From Isurus oxyrinchus (Eukaryota), in NCBI GenBank assembly GCA_026770705.1, contig JANJGN010000010.1:40238001-40302000 (forward strand): DNA of 64,000 nt, read 5' to 3'. Below, piece after piece: positions 1 to 14,128 of this stretch; position 1 is the first letter of the stretch, and each line of letters starts with the position of its first letter. The notes under the pieces were generated by a model. The model was not told where the DNA came from and did no database searches. It was given only the letters and a program-made list of their open reading frames with translations. The position numbers were made by a program, and so were the translations under genes.

Positions 1-52
1 TCATTTTTACTGTTAGGTTCACTTTTAGCATTTGTAGAGTTTCCCTGCAAAT
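1..52 (-). CDS. Repeat exon, short type, cut by the window edge
   Basis: Same acceptor at 53-54; open to the window start. Confidence 0.6.
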   Translation of the reverse strand, partial: MCRETLQMLKVNLTVKM

Positions 53-1394
53 CTACATGAACAAAAATATACATGCCATTGTAAACTCATTGCATACAGG
101 CGCTGAAACTACACTGGTAATGCAGTTCAATAATCATAAAAGAATACCTATGTATTTTGTTAAGCTTAATGTGCCTTCATCTCAGGACAGATATTATTAT
201 TTCTCAGCTAAGTGCTGCATGAGGGGCCTTCAGAATAATGCAAAATTTCATCTCACAGTGAATAATAGTGCCTTGTAGGCTTCGCTCCTTTTCCTCAATA
301 TACATCAATCAATTAGCTTCAAATATTATTGGTAGAATTGTACAACATAGATTCGCATGCTAGCGACATATCTTTTTGGGTTCAAATCATTGTACCAAGA
401 ACGTACTTTAATGTAACGATACATCAATGAAGTTCTACGCTATAAAATGGATCTATTTCTGAATTCTCTATTTTGATCATTTTATCAAATATTATGACCA
501 GTGTGAGAATTCAGCATTCCATCCAAAATGAGTTAGTTTTCAGACAAGATATCTCCTCAAGTCCTGGACTGGAACATCAACACATATCCCCCTGACTGAC
601 AGAACAGGTTTCTGAATAATGGAGCTAATACTTCCTGGAATATGAGAAGGCACTTTGTGCTTTTGATTCTTTAGTGAAAAACAATTCATATTTTCTCCAT
701 TTCAAAGAATACATAAGCCATTTCATTACAACTATAGCCTCCACCATCCATTGCAATCCCTTAGTATATTTACTTTCTCAGTACTTCCACTAGCATGCCT
801 TATTTCTGCTGACTTCTCTACATCCCTTCTTTATTATGTGTTCTCTGTACTTAACATAACATCAAGCAAAAGAAAGATATCTCAACTGGAGTATTTTTAA
901 TCCTTTCTGAGAAAGGAACCTCCACCCAATTCGACAAGCTGTATTTTTGCTCCTCAAGTCCAGTATTGATGATGTGACAGAAGGAAAACAGAAAAGTGAA
1001 TGCTAACTTTGTCTAAATAGACAAGTCCTGATCTGTTTCAAAGGATAGGGAATCTCCATTTGCACTAATGGGGCAGACATTCCGTTGCTCCAATTCTGCA
1101 TGAGTGATATCCACCTGGAGCTCGGCCAAGAACCTTCCTGTGGCACCTGATCACTCAGAGCATGATAGAGGGAGCCAAGAAAGCGTCCAAGCAACAAGAT
1201 TGTTCTGTTCACCTTTGCTTCTCATTTTGTTTAGTGTGTCAATCTCAAAAAAACTGTTGGCCAACATCATCACTGAGCTCGGCCTACATCATCAATGAGA
1301 TTTTGCAAACTGGAGCATTCTCCTACATTCCTCATCATCAATAAATTGTATTTCTATTTATTTGGTTAAATACTGCTTTGTCAGGGGAATCTTC

Positions 1395-1695
1395 CAAATA
1401 CACAACCATTGGGATGTAGATCAGGATAAGCAGCAGGTAGAGGGGCACACCAACACATGCAACTTCCTCTCTAAGACTTACAAAATCCGGACTTGGAAAT
1501 ATGTGTCAATCCTTCATGGGCACTGGGTTGAAAACCAGAAACTGCCTCCCGATTAGCTCTGTGGATGTACCTAGACCACACGGATTGCAGCAATTCCAGA
1601 ACCAGCATTAGCATCATACCATGGACAATTAATGATGCTAATAAATGTACGATCTGTCAAAATTACCCACATCCCATCAGCAAATAAGTGAAAGC
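1395..1695 (+). mobile_element. Decayed LINE 3' end embedded in every array unit (first full copy shown)
   Basis: Aligns by eye with LINE 3' ends at 42340-42612 and 57780-58035 (gacttggaaata, ccttca..g.cactggg, aataaatg, cccacatcccat). Confidence 0.75.
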
Positions 1696-1709
1696 TTTGC
1701 GCAACTTAC

Positions 1710-1799
1710 TATTTTCTTCATTCTTTACACTGCCGGTTCCCTGTTCTTCATTTTTACTGTTAGGATCACTTTTAGCATTTGTAGAGTTCCCCTGCAAAT
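1710..1799 (-). CDS. Repeat exon, short type 90 nt (xLQGNSTNAKSDPNSKNEEQGTGSVKNEEN)
   Basis: Acceptor tttttgttcatgtag, donor A|gtaagt; phase 1-1; open. Confidence 0.68.
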
Positions 1800-3457
1800 C
1801 TACATGAACAAAAATATACATGCCATTGTAAACTCATTGCATACAGGTGCTGAAACTACACTGGTAATGCAGTTCAATAATCATAAAAGAATACCTATGT
1901 ATTTTGTTAAGCTTAATGTGCCTTCATCTCAGGACAGATATTATTATTTCTCAGCTAAGTGCTACATGAGGGGCCTTCAGAATAATGCAAAATTTCATCT
2001 CACAGTGAATAATAGTACCTTGTAGGCTTCCCTCCTTTTCCTCAATATACATCAATCAATTAGCTTCAAATATTATTGGTAGAATTGTACAACATATATT
2101 CGCATGCTAGCGACATATCTTTTTGGGTTCAAATCATTGTACCAAGAACGTACTTTAATGTAACGATACATCAATGAAGTTCTACGCTATAAAATGGATC
2201 TATTTCTGAATTCTCTATTTTGATCATTTTATCAAATATTATGACCAGTGTGAGAATTCAGCATTCCATCCAAAATGAGTTAGTTTTCAGACAAGATATC
2301 TCCTCAAGTCCTGGACTGGAACATCAACACATATCCCCCTGACTGACAGAACAGGTTTCTGAATAATGGAGCTAATACTTCCTGGAATATGAGAAGGCAC
2401 TTTGTGCTTTTGATTCTTTAGTGAAAAACAATTCATATTTTCTCCATTTCAAAGAATACATAAGCCATTTCATTACAACTATAGCCACCACCATCCATTG
2501 CAATCCCTTAGTACATTTACTTTCTCATTTCTTCCACTAGCATGCCTTATTTCTGCTGACTTCTTTACATCCCTTCTTTATTATGTGTTCTCTGTCCTTA
2601 ACATAACATCAAGCAAAAGAAAGATATCTCAACTGGAGTATTTTCAATCCTTTCTGAGAAAGGAACCTCCACCCAATTTGTCAAGCTGAATTTGTGCTCC
2701 TCAAGTCCAGTATTGATGATGTGACAGAAGGAAAACAGAAAAGTGAATGCTAACTTTGTCTAAAAAGACAAGTCCTGATCTGTTCCAAAGGATAGGGAAT
2801 CTCCATTTGCACTAATGGGGCAGACATTCCGTTGCTCCAATTCTGCATGAGTGATATCCACCTAGAGCTCGGCCAAGAACCTTCCTGTGGCACCTGATCA
2901 CTCAGAGCATGATAGAGGGAGCCAAGAAAGCGTCCAAACAACAAGATTGTTCTGTTCACTTTTGCTTCTCATTCTGTTTAGTGTGTCAATCTTAAAAAAA
3001 ACTGTTGGCCGACATCATCACTGAGCTAGGCCTACATCATCAATGAGATTTTGCTAACTGGAGCATTCTCCTACATTTCACATCATCAATAAATTTTATT
3101 TATTTTTATTTGGTTAAATACTGCTTCATCAGGGGAATCGTCCAAATGCACAACCATTGGGATGTAGATCAGGAGAAGCAGCAGGTAGAGGGGCACACCA
3201 ACACATGCAACTTCCTCTCGAAGACTTACAAAATCCAGACTTGGAAATAGCTGTCAATCCTTCATGGGCACTGGGTTGAAAGCCAGAAACTGCCTCCCGA
3301 TCAGCTCTGTGGATGTACCTACACCACACGGATTGCAGCAATTCCAGACCCAGCATTAGCATCATACCAAGGACAATTAATGATGCTAATAAATGTACGA
3401 TCTGTCAAAATTACCCACATCCCATCGGCAAATAAATGAAAGCTTTGCGCAACTTAC

Positions 3458-3547
3458 TATTATCTTCATTCTTTTCACTGTCGGTTCCCTGTTCTTCATT
3501 TTCACTGTTAGGATCACTTTTAGCATTTGTAGAGTTTCCCTGCAAAT
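3458..3547 (-). CDS. Repeat exon, short type 90 nt
   Basis: Same splice sites; open. Confidence 0.68.
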
Positions 3548-5216
3548 CTACATGAACAAAAATATACATGCCATTGTAAACTCATTGCATACAGGCGCTG
3601 AAACTACACTGGTAATGCAGTTCAATAATCATAAAAGAATACCTATGTATTTAGTTAAGCTTAATGTGCCTTCATCTCAGGACAGATATTATTATTTCTC
3701 AGCTAAGTGCTGCATGAGGGGCCTTCAGAATAATGCAAAATTTCATCTCGCAGTGAATAATACTGCGTTGTAGGCTTCCCTCCCTTTCCTCAATATACAT
3801 CAATCAATTTGCTTCAAATATTATTGGTAAAATTGTACAACGTAGATTCACATGCCAGTGACATATCTTTTTGGGTTCAAATCATTCTACCAAGAACGTA
3901 CTTTAATGTAACGATACATCAATGAAGTTCTACGCTGAAAAATGGATCTATTTCTGAATTCTCTATTTTGATCATTTTATCAAATATTATGACCAGTGTG
4001 AGAATTCAGCATTCCATCCAAAATGAGTTAGTTTTCAGACAAGATATCTCCTCAAGTCCTGGACTGGAACATCAACACATATCCCCCTGACTGACAGAAC
4101 AGGTTTCTGAATAATGGAGCTAATACTTCCTGGAATATGAGAAGGCACTTTGTGCTTTTGATTCTTTAGTGAAAAACAATTCATATTTTCTCCATTTCAA
4201 AGAATACATAAGCCATTTCATTACAACTATAGCCTCCACCATCCATTGCAATCCCTTAGTATATTTACTTTCTCAGTACTTCCACTAGCATGCCTTATTT
4301 CTGCTGACTTCTCTACATCCCTTCATTATTATGTGTTCTCTGTCCTTAACATAACATCAAGCAAAAGAAAGATATCTCAACTGGCGTATTTTTAATCCTT
4401 TCTGAGAAAGGAACCTCCACCCAATTAGACAAGCTGAATTTTTGCTCCTCAAGTCCAGTATTGATGATGTGACAGAAGGAAAACAGAAAAGTGAATGCTA
4501 ACTTTGTCTAAATAGACAAGTCCTGATCTGTTTCAAAGGAATCGGGAATCTCCATTTGCACTAATGGGGCAGACATTTCGTTGCTCCAATTCTGCATGAG
4601 TGATATCCACCTAGAGCTCGGCCAAGAAACTTCCTGTGGCACCTGATCACTCAGAGCATGATAGAGGGAGCCAAGAAAGCGTCCAAGCAACAAGATTGTT
4701 CTGTTCACCTTTGCTTCTCATTTTGTTTAGTGTGTCAATCTCAAAAAAAACTGTTGGCCAACATCATCACTGAGCTAGGCCTACATCATCAATGAGATTT
4801 TGCTAACTGGAGCATTCTCCTACATTCTCCATCATCAATAAATTGTATTTCTATTTATTTGGTTAAATACTGCTTCGTCAGTATTCGTCAGGGGAATCTT
4901 CCAAATACACAACCATTGGGATGTAGATCAGGAGAAGCAGCAGGTAGAGGGGCACACCAACACATGCAACTTCCTCTCTAAGACTTACAAAATCCGGACT
5001 TGGAAATATTTGTCAATCCTTCATGGGCACTGGGTTGAAAACCAGAAACTGCCTCCCGATCAGCTCTGTGGAGGTACCTAGACCACACGGATTGCAGCAA
5101 TTCCAGAACCAGCATTAGCATCATACCAAGGACAATTAATGATGCTAATAAATGTACGATCTGTCAAAACTACCCACATCCGATCAGCAAATAAATGAAA
5201 GCTTTGCGCAACTTAC

Positions 5217-5306
5217 TATTTTCTTCATTCTTTTCACTGTCGGTTCCCTGTTCTTCATTTTTACTGTTAGGATCACTTTTAGCATTTGTGGAGTTTCCCT
5301 GCAAAT
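5217..5306 (-). CDS. Repeat exon, short type 90 nt
   Basis: Same splice sites; open. Confidence 0.68.
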
Positions 5307-6964
5307 CTACATGAACAAAAATATACATGCCATTGTAAACTCATTGCATACAGGCGCTGAAACTACACTGGTAATGCAGTTCAATAATCATAAAAGAATA
5401 CCTATGTATTTAGTTAAGCTTAATGTGCCTTCATCTCAGGACAGATATTATTATTTCTCAGCTAAGTGCTGCATGAGGAGCCTTCAGAATAATGCAAAAT
5501 TTCATCTCGCAGTGAATAATAGTGCGTTGTAGGCTTCCCACCCTTTCCTCAATATACATCAATCAATTTGCTTCAAATATTATTGGTAAAATTGTACAAC
5601 GTAGATTCACATGCCAGTGACATATCTTTTTGGGTTCAAATCATTGTACCAAGAACGTACTTTAATGTAACGATACATCAATGAAGTTCTACGCTGAGAA
5701 ATGGATCTATTTCTGAATTCTCTATTTTGATCATTTTATCAAATATTATGACCAGTGTGAGAATTCAGCATTCCATCCAAAATGAGTTAGTTTTCAGACA
5801 AGATATCTCCTCAAGTCCTGGACTGGAACATCAACACATATCCCCCTGACTGACAGAACAGGTTTCTGAATAATGGAGCTAATACTTCCTGGAATATGAG
5901 AAGGCACTTTGTGCTTTTGATTCTTTAGTGAAAAACAATTCATATTTTCTCCATTTCAAGGAATACATCAGCCATTTCATTACAACTATAGCCTCCACCA
6001 TCCATTGCAATCCCTTAGTATATTTACTTTCTCAGTACTTCCACTAGCATGCCTTATTTCTGATGACTTCTCTACATCCCTTCTTTATTATGTGTTCTCT
6101 GTCCTTAACATTACATCAAGCAAAAGAAAGATATCTCAACTGGAGTATTTTCAATCCTTTCTGAGAAAGGAAACTCCACCCAATTAGACAAGCTGAATTT
6201 TTGCTCCTCAAGTCCAGTATTGATAATGTGACAGAAGGAAAACAGAAAAGTGAATGCTAACTTTGTCTAAATAGACAAGTCCTGATCTGTTTCAAAGGAT
6301 AGGGAATCTCCATTTGCACTAATGGGGCAGACGTTCCGTTGCTCCAATTCTGCATGAGTGATATCCACCTGGAGCTCGGCCAAGAACCTTCCTGTGGCAC
6401 CTGATCACTCAGAGCATGATAGAGGGAGCCAAGAAAGCGTCCAAACAACAAGATTGTTCTGTTCACCTTTGCTTCTCATTTTGTTTAGTGTGTCAATCTC
6501 AAAAAAAACTGTTGGCCAACATCATCACTGAGCTAGGCCTACATCATCAATGAGATTTTGCTAACTGGAGCATTCTCCTACATTCCCCATCATCAATAAA
6601 TTGTATTTCTATTTATTTGGTTAAATACTGCTTCGTCAGGGGAATCTTCCAAATACACAACCATTGGGATGGAGATCAGGAGAAGCAGCAGGTAGAGGGG
6701 CACACCAACACATGCAACTTCCTCTCTAAGACTTACAAAATCCGGACTTGGAAATATGTGTCAATCCGTCATGGGCACTGGGTTGAAAACCAGAAACTGC
6801 CTCCCGATCAGCTCTGTGGATGTACCTAGACCACACGGATTGCAGCAATTCCAGAACCAGCATTAGCATCATACCAAGGACAATTAATGATGCTAATAAA
6901 TGTACGATCTGTCAAAATTATCCACATCCCATCGGCAAATGAATGAAAGCTTTGCGCAACTTAC

Positions 6965-7054
6965 TATTTTCTTCATTCTTTACACCGTCGGTTCCCTGTT
7001 CTTCATTTTTACTGTTAGGATCACTTTTAGCATTTGTAGAGTTTCCCTGCAAAT
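6965..7054 (-). CDS. Repeat exon, short type 90 nt
   Basis: Same splice sites; open. Confidence 0.68.
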
Positions 7055-8711
7055 CTACATGAACAAAAATATACATGCCATTGTAAACTCATTGCATACA
7101 GGCGCTGAAAATACATTGGTAATGCAGTTCAATAATCATAAAAGAATACCTATGTATTTAGTTAAGCTTAATGTGCCTTCTTCTCAGGACAGATATTATT
7201 ATTTCTCAGCTAAGTGCTGCATGAGGGTCCTTCAGAATAATGCAAAATTTCATCTCGCAGTGAATAATAGTGCCTTGTAGGCTTCCCTCCTTTTCCTCAA
7301 TATACATCAATCAATCAGCTTCAAATATTATTAGTAAAATTGTACAACATAGATTCACATGCGAGCGACATATCTTTTTGGGTTCAATCATTGTACCAAG
7401 AACGTACTTCAATGTAACGATACATCAATGAAGTTCTACGCTATAAAATGGATCTATTTCTGAATTCTCTATTTTGATCATTTTATGAAATATTATGACC
7501 AGTGTGAGAATTCAGCATTCCATCCAAAATGAGTTAGTTTTCAGACAAGATATCTGCTCAAGTCCTGGACTGGAACATCAACACATATCCCCCTGACTGA
7601 CAGAACAGGTTTCTGAATAATGGAGCTAATACTTCCTGGAATATGAGAAGGCACTTTGTGCTTTTGATTCTTTAGTGAAAAACAATTCATATTTTCTCCA
7701 TTTCAAAGAATACATCAGCCATTTCATTACAACTATAGCCACCACCATCCATTGCAATCCCTTAGTATATTTACCAACTCAGTACTTCCACTAACATGCC
7801 TTATTTCTGCTGACTTCTCTACATCCCTTCTTTATTATGTGTTCTCTGTCCTTAACATAACATCAAGCAAAAGAAAGATATCTCAACTGGAGTATTTTCA
7901 ATCCTTTCTGAGAAAGGAACCTCCACCCAATTAGGCAAGCTGAATTTTTGCTCCACAAGTCCAGTATTGATAATGTGACAGAAGGAAAACAGAAAAGTGA
8001 ATGCTAACTTTGTCTAAATAGACAAGTCCTGATCTGTTCCAAAGGATAGGGAATCTCCATTTGCACTAATGGGGCAGACATTCCGTTGCTCCAATTCTGC
8101 ATGAGTGATATCCACCTAGAGCTCGGCCAAGAACCTTCCTGTGGCACCTGATCACTCAGAGCATGATAGAGGGAGCCAAGAAAGCGTCCAAACAACAAGA
8201 TTGTTCTGTTCACCTTTGCTTCTCATTCTGTTTAGTGTGTCAATCTTAAAAAAAACTGTTGGCCTACATCATCACTGAGCTAGGCCAACATCATCAATGA
8301 GATTTTGCTAACTGGAGCATTCTCCTACATTCCACATCATCAATAAATTTCATTTCTTTTTACTTGGTTAAATACTGCTTCATCAGGGGAATCGTCCAAA
8401 TACACAACCATTGGGATCTAGATCAGGAGAAGCAGCAGGTAGAGGGGCACACAAACACATGCAACTTCCTCTCTAAGACTTACAAAATCCGGACTTGGAA
8501 ATATGTGTCAATCCTTCATGGGCACTGGGTTGAAAACCAGAAACTGCCTCCCGATCAGTTCTGTGGATGTACCTACACCACACGGATTGCAGCAATTCCA
8601 GAACCAGCATTAGCATCATACCAAGGACAATTAATGATGCTAATAAATGTACGATCTGTCAAAATTACCCACATCCCATCGGCAAATAAATGAAAGCTTT
8701 GCGCAACTTAC

Positions 8712-8831
8712 CATTTTCTTCATTGTTTACACCGTCGGTTCCCTGTTCACGGTTTGCTGGTTTGTCATTATGAACCTCCACCATTTCAGTCGTAGGTTCA
8801 CTTTTATCATTTGAAGAGTTTCCCTTCGAAT
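8712..8831 (-). CDS. Repeat exon, long type 120 nt (xSKGNSSNDKSEPTTEMVEVHNDKPANREQGTDGVNNEEN)
   Basis: Acceptor tttttgttcatgtag, donor G|gtaagt; phase 1-1; open. Confidence 0.68.
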
Positions 8832-10513
8832 CTACATGAACAAAAATATACATGCCATTGTAAACTCATTGCATACTGGATCTGAAACTAAACTGATAAT
8901 GCATTTGAATAATCATAAAAGAATACCTGTGCTTTTAGTAAAGCTTAATTTTCCTTCACCTCAGGACAGATATTATTATTTCTCAGCTAAGTGCTGCATG
9001 AGGGACCTTCAGAATAATGCAAAATTTCATCTCACAGTGAATAATAGTTCCTTGTATGCTTCCCTCCCTTTCCTCAATATACATCAATCAATTAGCTTCA
9101 AGTATTATTGGTAAAATTGTACAACGTAGTTTCACATGCGGCCCAGGAACCTACTAGCAACATATCTTTTTGGGGTTAAATCATTGTACAAAGAATGTAC
9201 TTCAATGTAACGATACATCAGTGAAGTTCTACGCTGAAAAATGGATCTATTCCTGAATTCTACATTTTGATCATGCTATCAAATATTATGACAAATGTGT
9301 GAATTCATCATTTCATCCAAAATGAGTTAGGTTTCAGACAAGATATCAGCTCAAGTCCTGGACTGGAACATCAACATATTTCCCACAGACTGACAGACCA
9401 GGTTTCTGAATAATGGAGTTATTACTTCGATGAATATGACAAGGCATTTTGTGCTTTTGATGCTTCAGTGAAAAACAATTCATATTTTCTCCATTTCAAA
9501 GAGTACATAAGCCATTTCGTTACAACTATTGCCTCCACCATCCATTGCAATCCCTTAGTATATTTACTTTCTCAGTACTTCCACTAGCATGCCTTATTTC
9601 TGCTGACTTCTCTACATCCCTTCTTTATTATGTGTTCTCTGTCCTTAACATAACATCAAGCAAAAAATGATATCTCAACTGGATTATTTTTAATCCTTTC
9701 TGAGAAAGGAACCTCCACCCAATTAGACAAGCTGAATTTTTGCTCCTCAAGTCCAGTATTGATGATGTGACAGAAGGAAAACAAAAAAGTGAATGCTAAC
9801 TTTGTCTAAATAGACATGTCCTGATCTGTTTCAAAGGATAGGGAATCTCCATTTGCACTAATGGGGCAGACATTCCGTTGCTCCAATTCTGCATGAGTGA
9901 TATCCACCTGGAGTTCGGCCAAGAACCTTCCTGTGGCAACTGATCACTCAGAGCATGATAGAGGGAGCCAAGAAAGCGTCCAAACAACAAGATTGTTCTG
10001 TTCACCTTTGCTTCTCATTTTGTTTAGTGTGTCAATCTCAAAAAAAACTGTTGGCCAACATCATCACTGAGCTAGGCCTACATCATCAATGAGATTTTGC
10101 TAACTGGAGCATTCTCCTACATTCTCCATCATCAATAAATTGTATTTCTATTTATTTGGTTAAATACTGCTTCGTCAGTATTCGTCAGGGGAATCTTCCA
10201 AATACACAACCATTGGGATGTAGATCAGGAGAAGCAGCAGGTAGAGGGGCACACCAACACATGCAACTTCCTCTCTAAGACTTACAAAATCCGGACTTGG
10301 AAATATTTGTCAATCCTTCATGGGCACTGGGTTGAAAACCAGAAACTGCCTCCCGATCAGCTCTGTGGAGGTACCTAGACCACACGGATTGCAGCAATTC
10401 CAGAACCAGCATTAGCATCATACCAAGGACAATTAATGATGCTAATAAATGTACGATCTGTCAAAACTACCCACATCCGATCAGCAAATAAATGAAAGCT
10501 TTGCGCAACTTAC

Positions 10514-10603
10514 TATTTTCTTCATTCTTTTCACTGTCGGTTCCCTGTTCTTCATTTTTACTGTTAGGATCACTTTTAGCATTTGTGGAGTTTCCCTGCA
10601 AAT
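10514..10603 (-). CDS. Repeat exon, short type 90 nt
   Basis: Same splice sites; open. Confidence 0.68.
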
Positions 10604-12261
10604 CTACATGAACAAAAATATACATGCCATTGTAAACTCATTGCATACAGGCGCTGAAACTACACTGGTAATGCAGTTCAATAATCATAAAAGAATACCT
10701 ATGTATTTAGTTAAGCTTAATGTGCCTTCATCTCAGGACAGATATTATTATTTCTCAGCTAAGTGCTGCATGAGGAGCCTTCAGAATAATGCAAAATTTC
10801 ATCTCGCAGTGAATAATAGTGCGTTGTAGGCTTCCCACCCTTTCCTCAATATACATCAATCAATTTGCTTCAAATATTATTGGTAAAATTGTACAACGTA
10901 GATTCACATGCCAGTGACATATCTTTTTGGGTTCAAATCATTGTACCAAGAACGTACTTTAATGTAACGATACATCAATGAAGTTCTACGCTGAGAAATG
11001 GATCTATTTCTGAATTCTCTATTTTGATCATTTTATCAAATATTATGACCAGTGTGAGAATTCAGCATTCCATCCAAAATGAGTTAGTTTTCAGACAAGA
11101 TATCTCCTCAAGTCCTGGACTGGAACATCAACACATATCCCCCTGACTGACAGAACAGGTTTCTGAATAATGGAGCTAATACTTCCTGGAATATGAGAAG
11201 GCACTTTGTGCTTTTGATTCTTTAGTGAAAAACAATTCATATTTTCTCCATTTCAAGGAATACATCAGCCATTTCATTACAACTATAGCCTCCACCATCC
11301 ATTGCAATCCCTTAGTATATTTACTTTCTCAGTACTTCCACTAGCATGCCTTATTTCTGATGACTTCTCTACATCCCTTCTTTATTATGTGTTCTCTGTC
11401 CTTAACATTACATCAAGCAAAAGAAAGATATCTCAACTGGAGTATTTTCAATCCTTTCTGAGAAAGGAAACTCCACCCAATTAGACAAGCTGAATTTTTG
11501 CTCCTCAAGTCCAGTATTGATAATGTGACAGAAGGAAAACAGAAAAGTGAATGCTAACTTTGTCTAAATAGACAAGTCCTGATCTGTTTCAAAGGATAGG
11601 GAATCTCCATTTGCACTAATGGGGCAGACGTTCCGTTGCTCCAATTCTGCATGAGTGATATCCACCTGGAGCTCGGCCAAGAACCTTCCTGTGGCACCTG
11701 ATCACTCAGAGCATGATAGAGGGAGCCAAGAAAGCGTCCAAACAACAAGATTGTTCTGTTCACCTTTGCTTCTCATTTTGTTTAGTGTGTCAATCTCAAA
11801 AAAAACTGTTGGCCAACATCATCACTGAGCTAGGCCTACATCATCAATGAGATTTTGCTAACTGGAGCATTCTCCTACATTCCCCATCATCAATAAATTG
11901 TATTTCTATTTATTTGGTTAAATACTGCTTCGTCAGGGGAATCTTCCAAATACACAACCATTGGGATGGAGATCAGGAGAAGCAGCAGGTAGAGGGGCAC
12001 ACCAACACATGCAACTTCCTCTCTAAGACTTACAAAATCCGGACTTGGAAATATGTGTCAATCCGTCATGGGCACTGGGTTGAAAACCAGAAACTGCCTC
12101 CCGATCAGCTCTGTGGATGTACCTAGACCACACGGATTGCAGCAATTCCAGAACCAGCATTAGCATCATACCAAGGACAATTAATGATGCTAATAAATGT
12201 ACGATCTGTCAAAATTATCCACATCCCATCGGCAAATGAATGAAAGCTTTGCGCAACTTAC

Positions 12262-12351
12262 TATTTTCTTCATTCTTTACACCGTCGGTTCCCTGTTCTT
12301 CATTTTTACTGTTAGGATCACTTTTAGCATTTGTAGAGTTTCCCTGCAAAT
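12262..12351 (-). CDS. Repeat exon, short type 90 nt
   Basis: Same splice sites; open. Confidence 0.68.
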
Positions 12352-14008
12352 CTACATGAACAAAAATATACATGCCATTGTAAACTCATTGCATACAGGC
12401 GCTGAAAATACATTGGTAATGCAGTTCAATAATCATAAAAGAATACCTATGTATTTAGTTAAGCTTAATGTGCCTTCTTCTCAGGACAGATATTATTATT
12501 TCTCAGCTAAGTGCTGCATGAGGGTCCTTCAGAATAATGCAAAATTTCATCTCGCAGTGAATAATAGTGCCTTGTAGGCTTCCCTCCTTTTCCTCAATAT
12601 ACATCAATCAATTAGCTTCAAATATTATTAGTAAAATTGTACAACATAGATTCACATGCGAGCGACATATCTTTTTGGGTTCAATCATTGTACCAAGAAC
12701 GTACTTCAATGTAACGATACATCAATGAAGTTCTACGCTATAAAATGGATCTATTTCTGAATTCTCTATTTTGATCATTTTATGAAATATTATGACCAGT
12801 GTGAGAATTCAGCATTCCATCCAAAATGAGTTAGTTTTCAGACAAGATATCTGCTCAAGTCCTGGACTGGAACATCAACACATATCCCCCTGACTGACAG
12901 AACAGGTTTCTGAATAATGGAGCTAATACTTCCTGGAATATGAGAAGGCACTTTGTGCTTTTGATTCTTTAGTGAAAAACAATTCATATTTTCTCCATTT
13001 CAAAGAATACATCAGCCATTTCATTACAACTATAGCCACCACCATCCATTGCAATCCCTTAGTATATTTACCAACTCAGTACTTCCACTAACATGCCTTA
13101 TTTCTGCTGACTTCTCTACATCCCTTCTTTATTATGTGTTCTCTGTCCTTAACATAACATCAAGCAAAAGAAAGATATCTCAACTGGAGTATTTTCAATC
13201 CTTTCTGAGAAAGGAACCTCCACCCAATTAGGCAAGCTGAATTTTTGCTCCACAAGTCCAGTATTGATAATGTGACAGAAGGAAAACAGAAAAGTGAATG
13301 CTAACTTTGTCTAAATAGACAAGTCCTGATCTGTTCCAAAGGATAGGGAATCTCCATTTGCACTAATGGGGCAGACATTCCGTTGCTCCAATTCTGCATG
13401 AGTGATATCCACCTAGAGCTCGGCCAAGAACCTTCCTGTGGCACCTGATCACTCAGAGCATGATAGAGGGAGCCAAGAAAGCGTCCAAACAACAAGATTG
13501 TTCTGTTCACCTTTGCTTCTCATTCTGTTTAGTGTGTCAATCTTAAAAAAAACTGTTGGCCTACATCATCACTGAGCTAGGCCAACATCATCAATGAGAT
13601 TTTGCTAACTGGAGCATTCTCCTACATTCCACATCATCAATAAATTTCATTTCTTTTTACTTGGTTAAATACTGCTTCATCAGGGGAATCGTCCAAATAC
13701 ACAACCATTGGGATCTAGATCAGGAGAAGCAGCAGGTAGAGGGGCACACAAACACATGCAACTTCCTCTCTAAGACTTACAAAATCCGGACTTGGAAATA
13801 TGTGTCAATCCTTCATGGGCACTGGGTTGAAAACCAGAAACTGCCTCCCGATCAGTTCTGTGGATGTACCTACACCACACGGATTGCAGCAATTCCAGAA
13901 CCAGCATTAGCATCATACCAAGGACAATTAATGATGCTAATAAATGTACGATCTGTCAAAATTACCCACATCCCATCGGCAAATAAATGAAAGCTTTGCG
14001 CAACTTAC

Positions 14009-14128
14009 CATTTTCTTCATTGTTTACACCGTCCATTCCCTGTTCACGGTTTGCTGGTTTGTCATTATGAACCTCCACCATTTCAGTCGTAGGTTCACTT
14101 TTATCATTTGAAGAGTTTCCCTTCGAAT
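14009..14128 (-). CDS. Repeat exon, long type 120 nt
   Basis: Same splice sites; open. Confidence 0.68.

Noticed and set aside
773-850. Second exon-like segment per unit (ttaag|GACAGAGAAC...GAGAAA|gtaaat, minus strand)
   Set aside because: 76 nt, stops in all three frames, and deleted in the diverged monomer
1003-1212. Recurrent minus-strand 69-aa ORF (MNRTILL...)
   Set aside because: Non-ATG start, frameshifted in several units (4508, 20342) and absent from the ORF track at ~24 kb; its recurrence only reflects repeat homogeneity
1645-2025. Recurrent plus-strand 126-aa ORF (MYDLSKLPTS...) with a hydrophobic segment, one per short unit
   Set aside because: The hydrophobic stretch is the antisense shadow of the purine-rich minus-strand exon; the ORF starts inside a LINE remnant and is broken in long-type units
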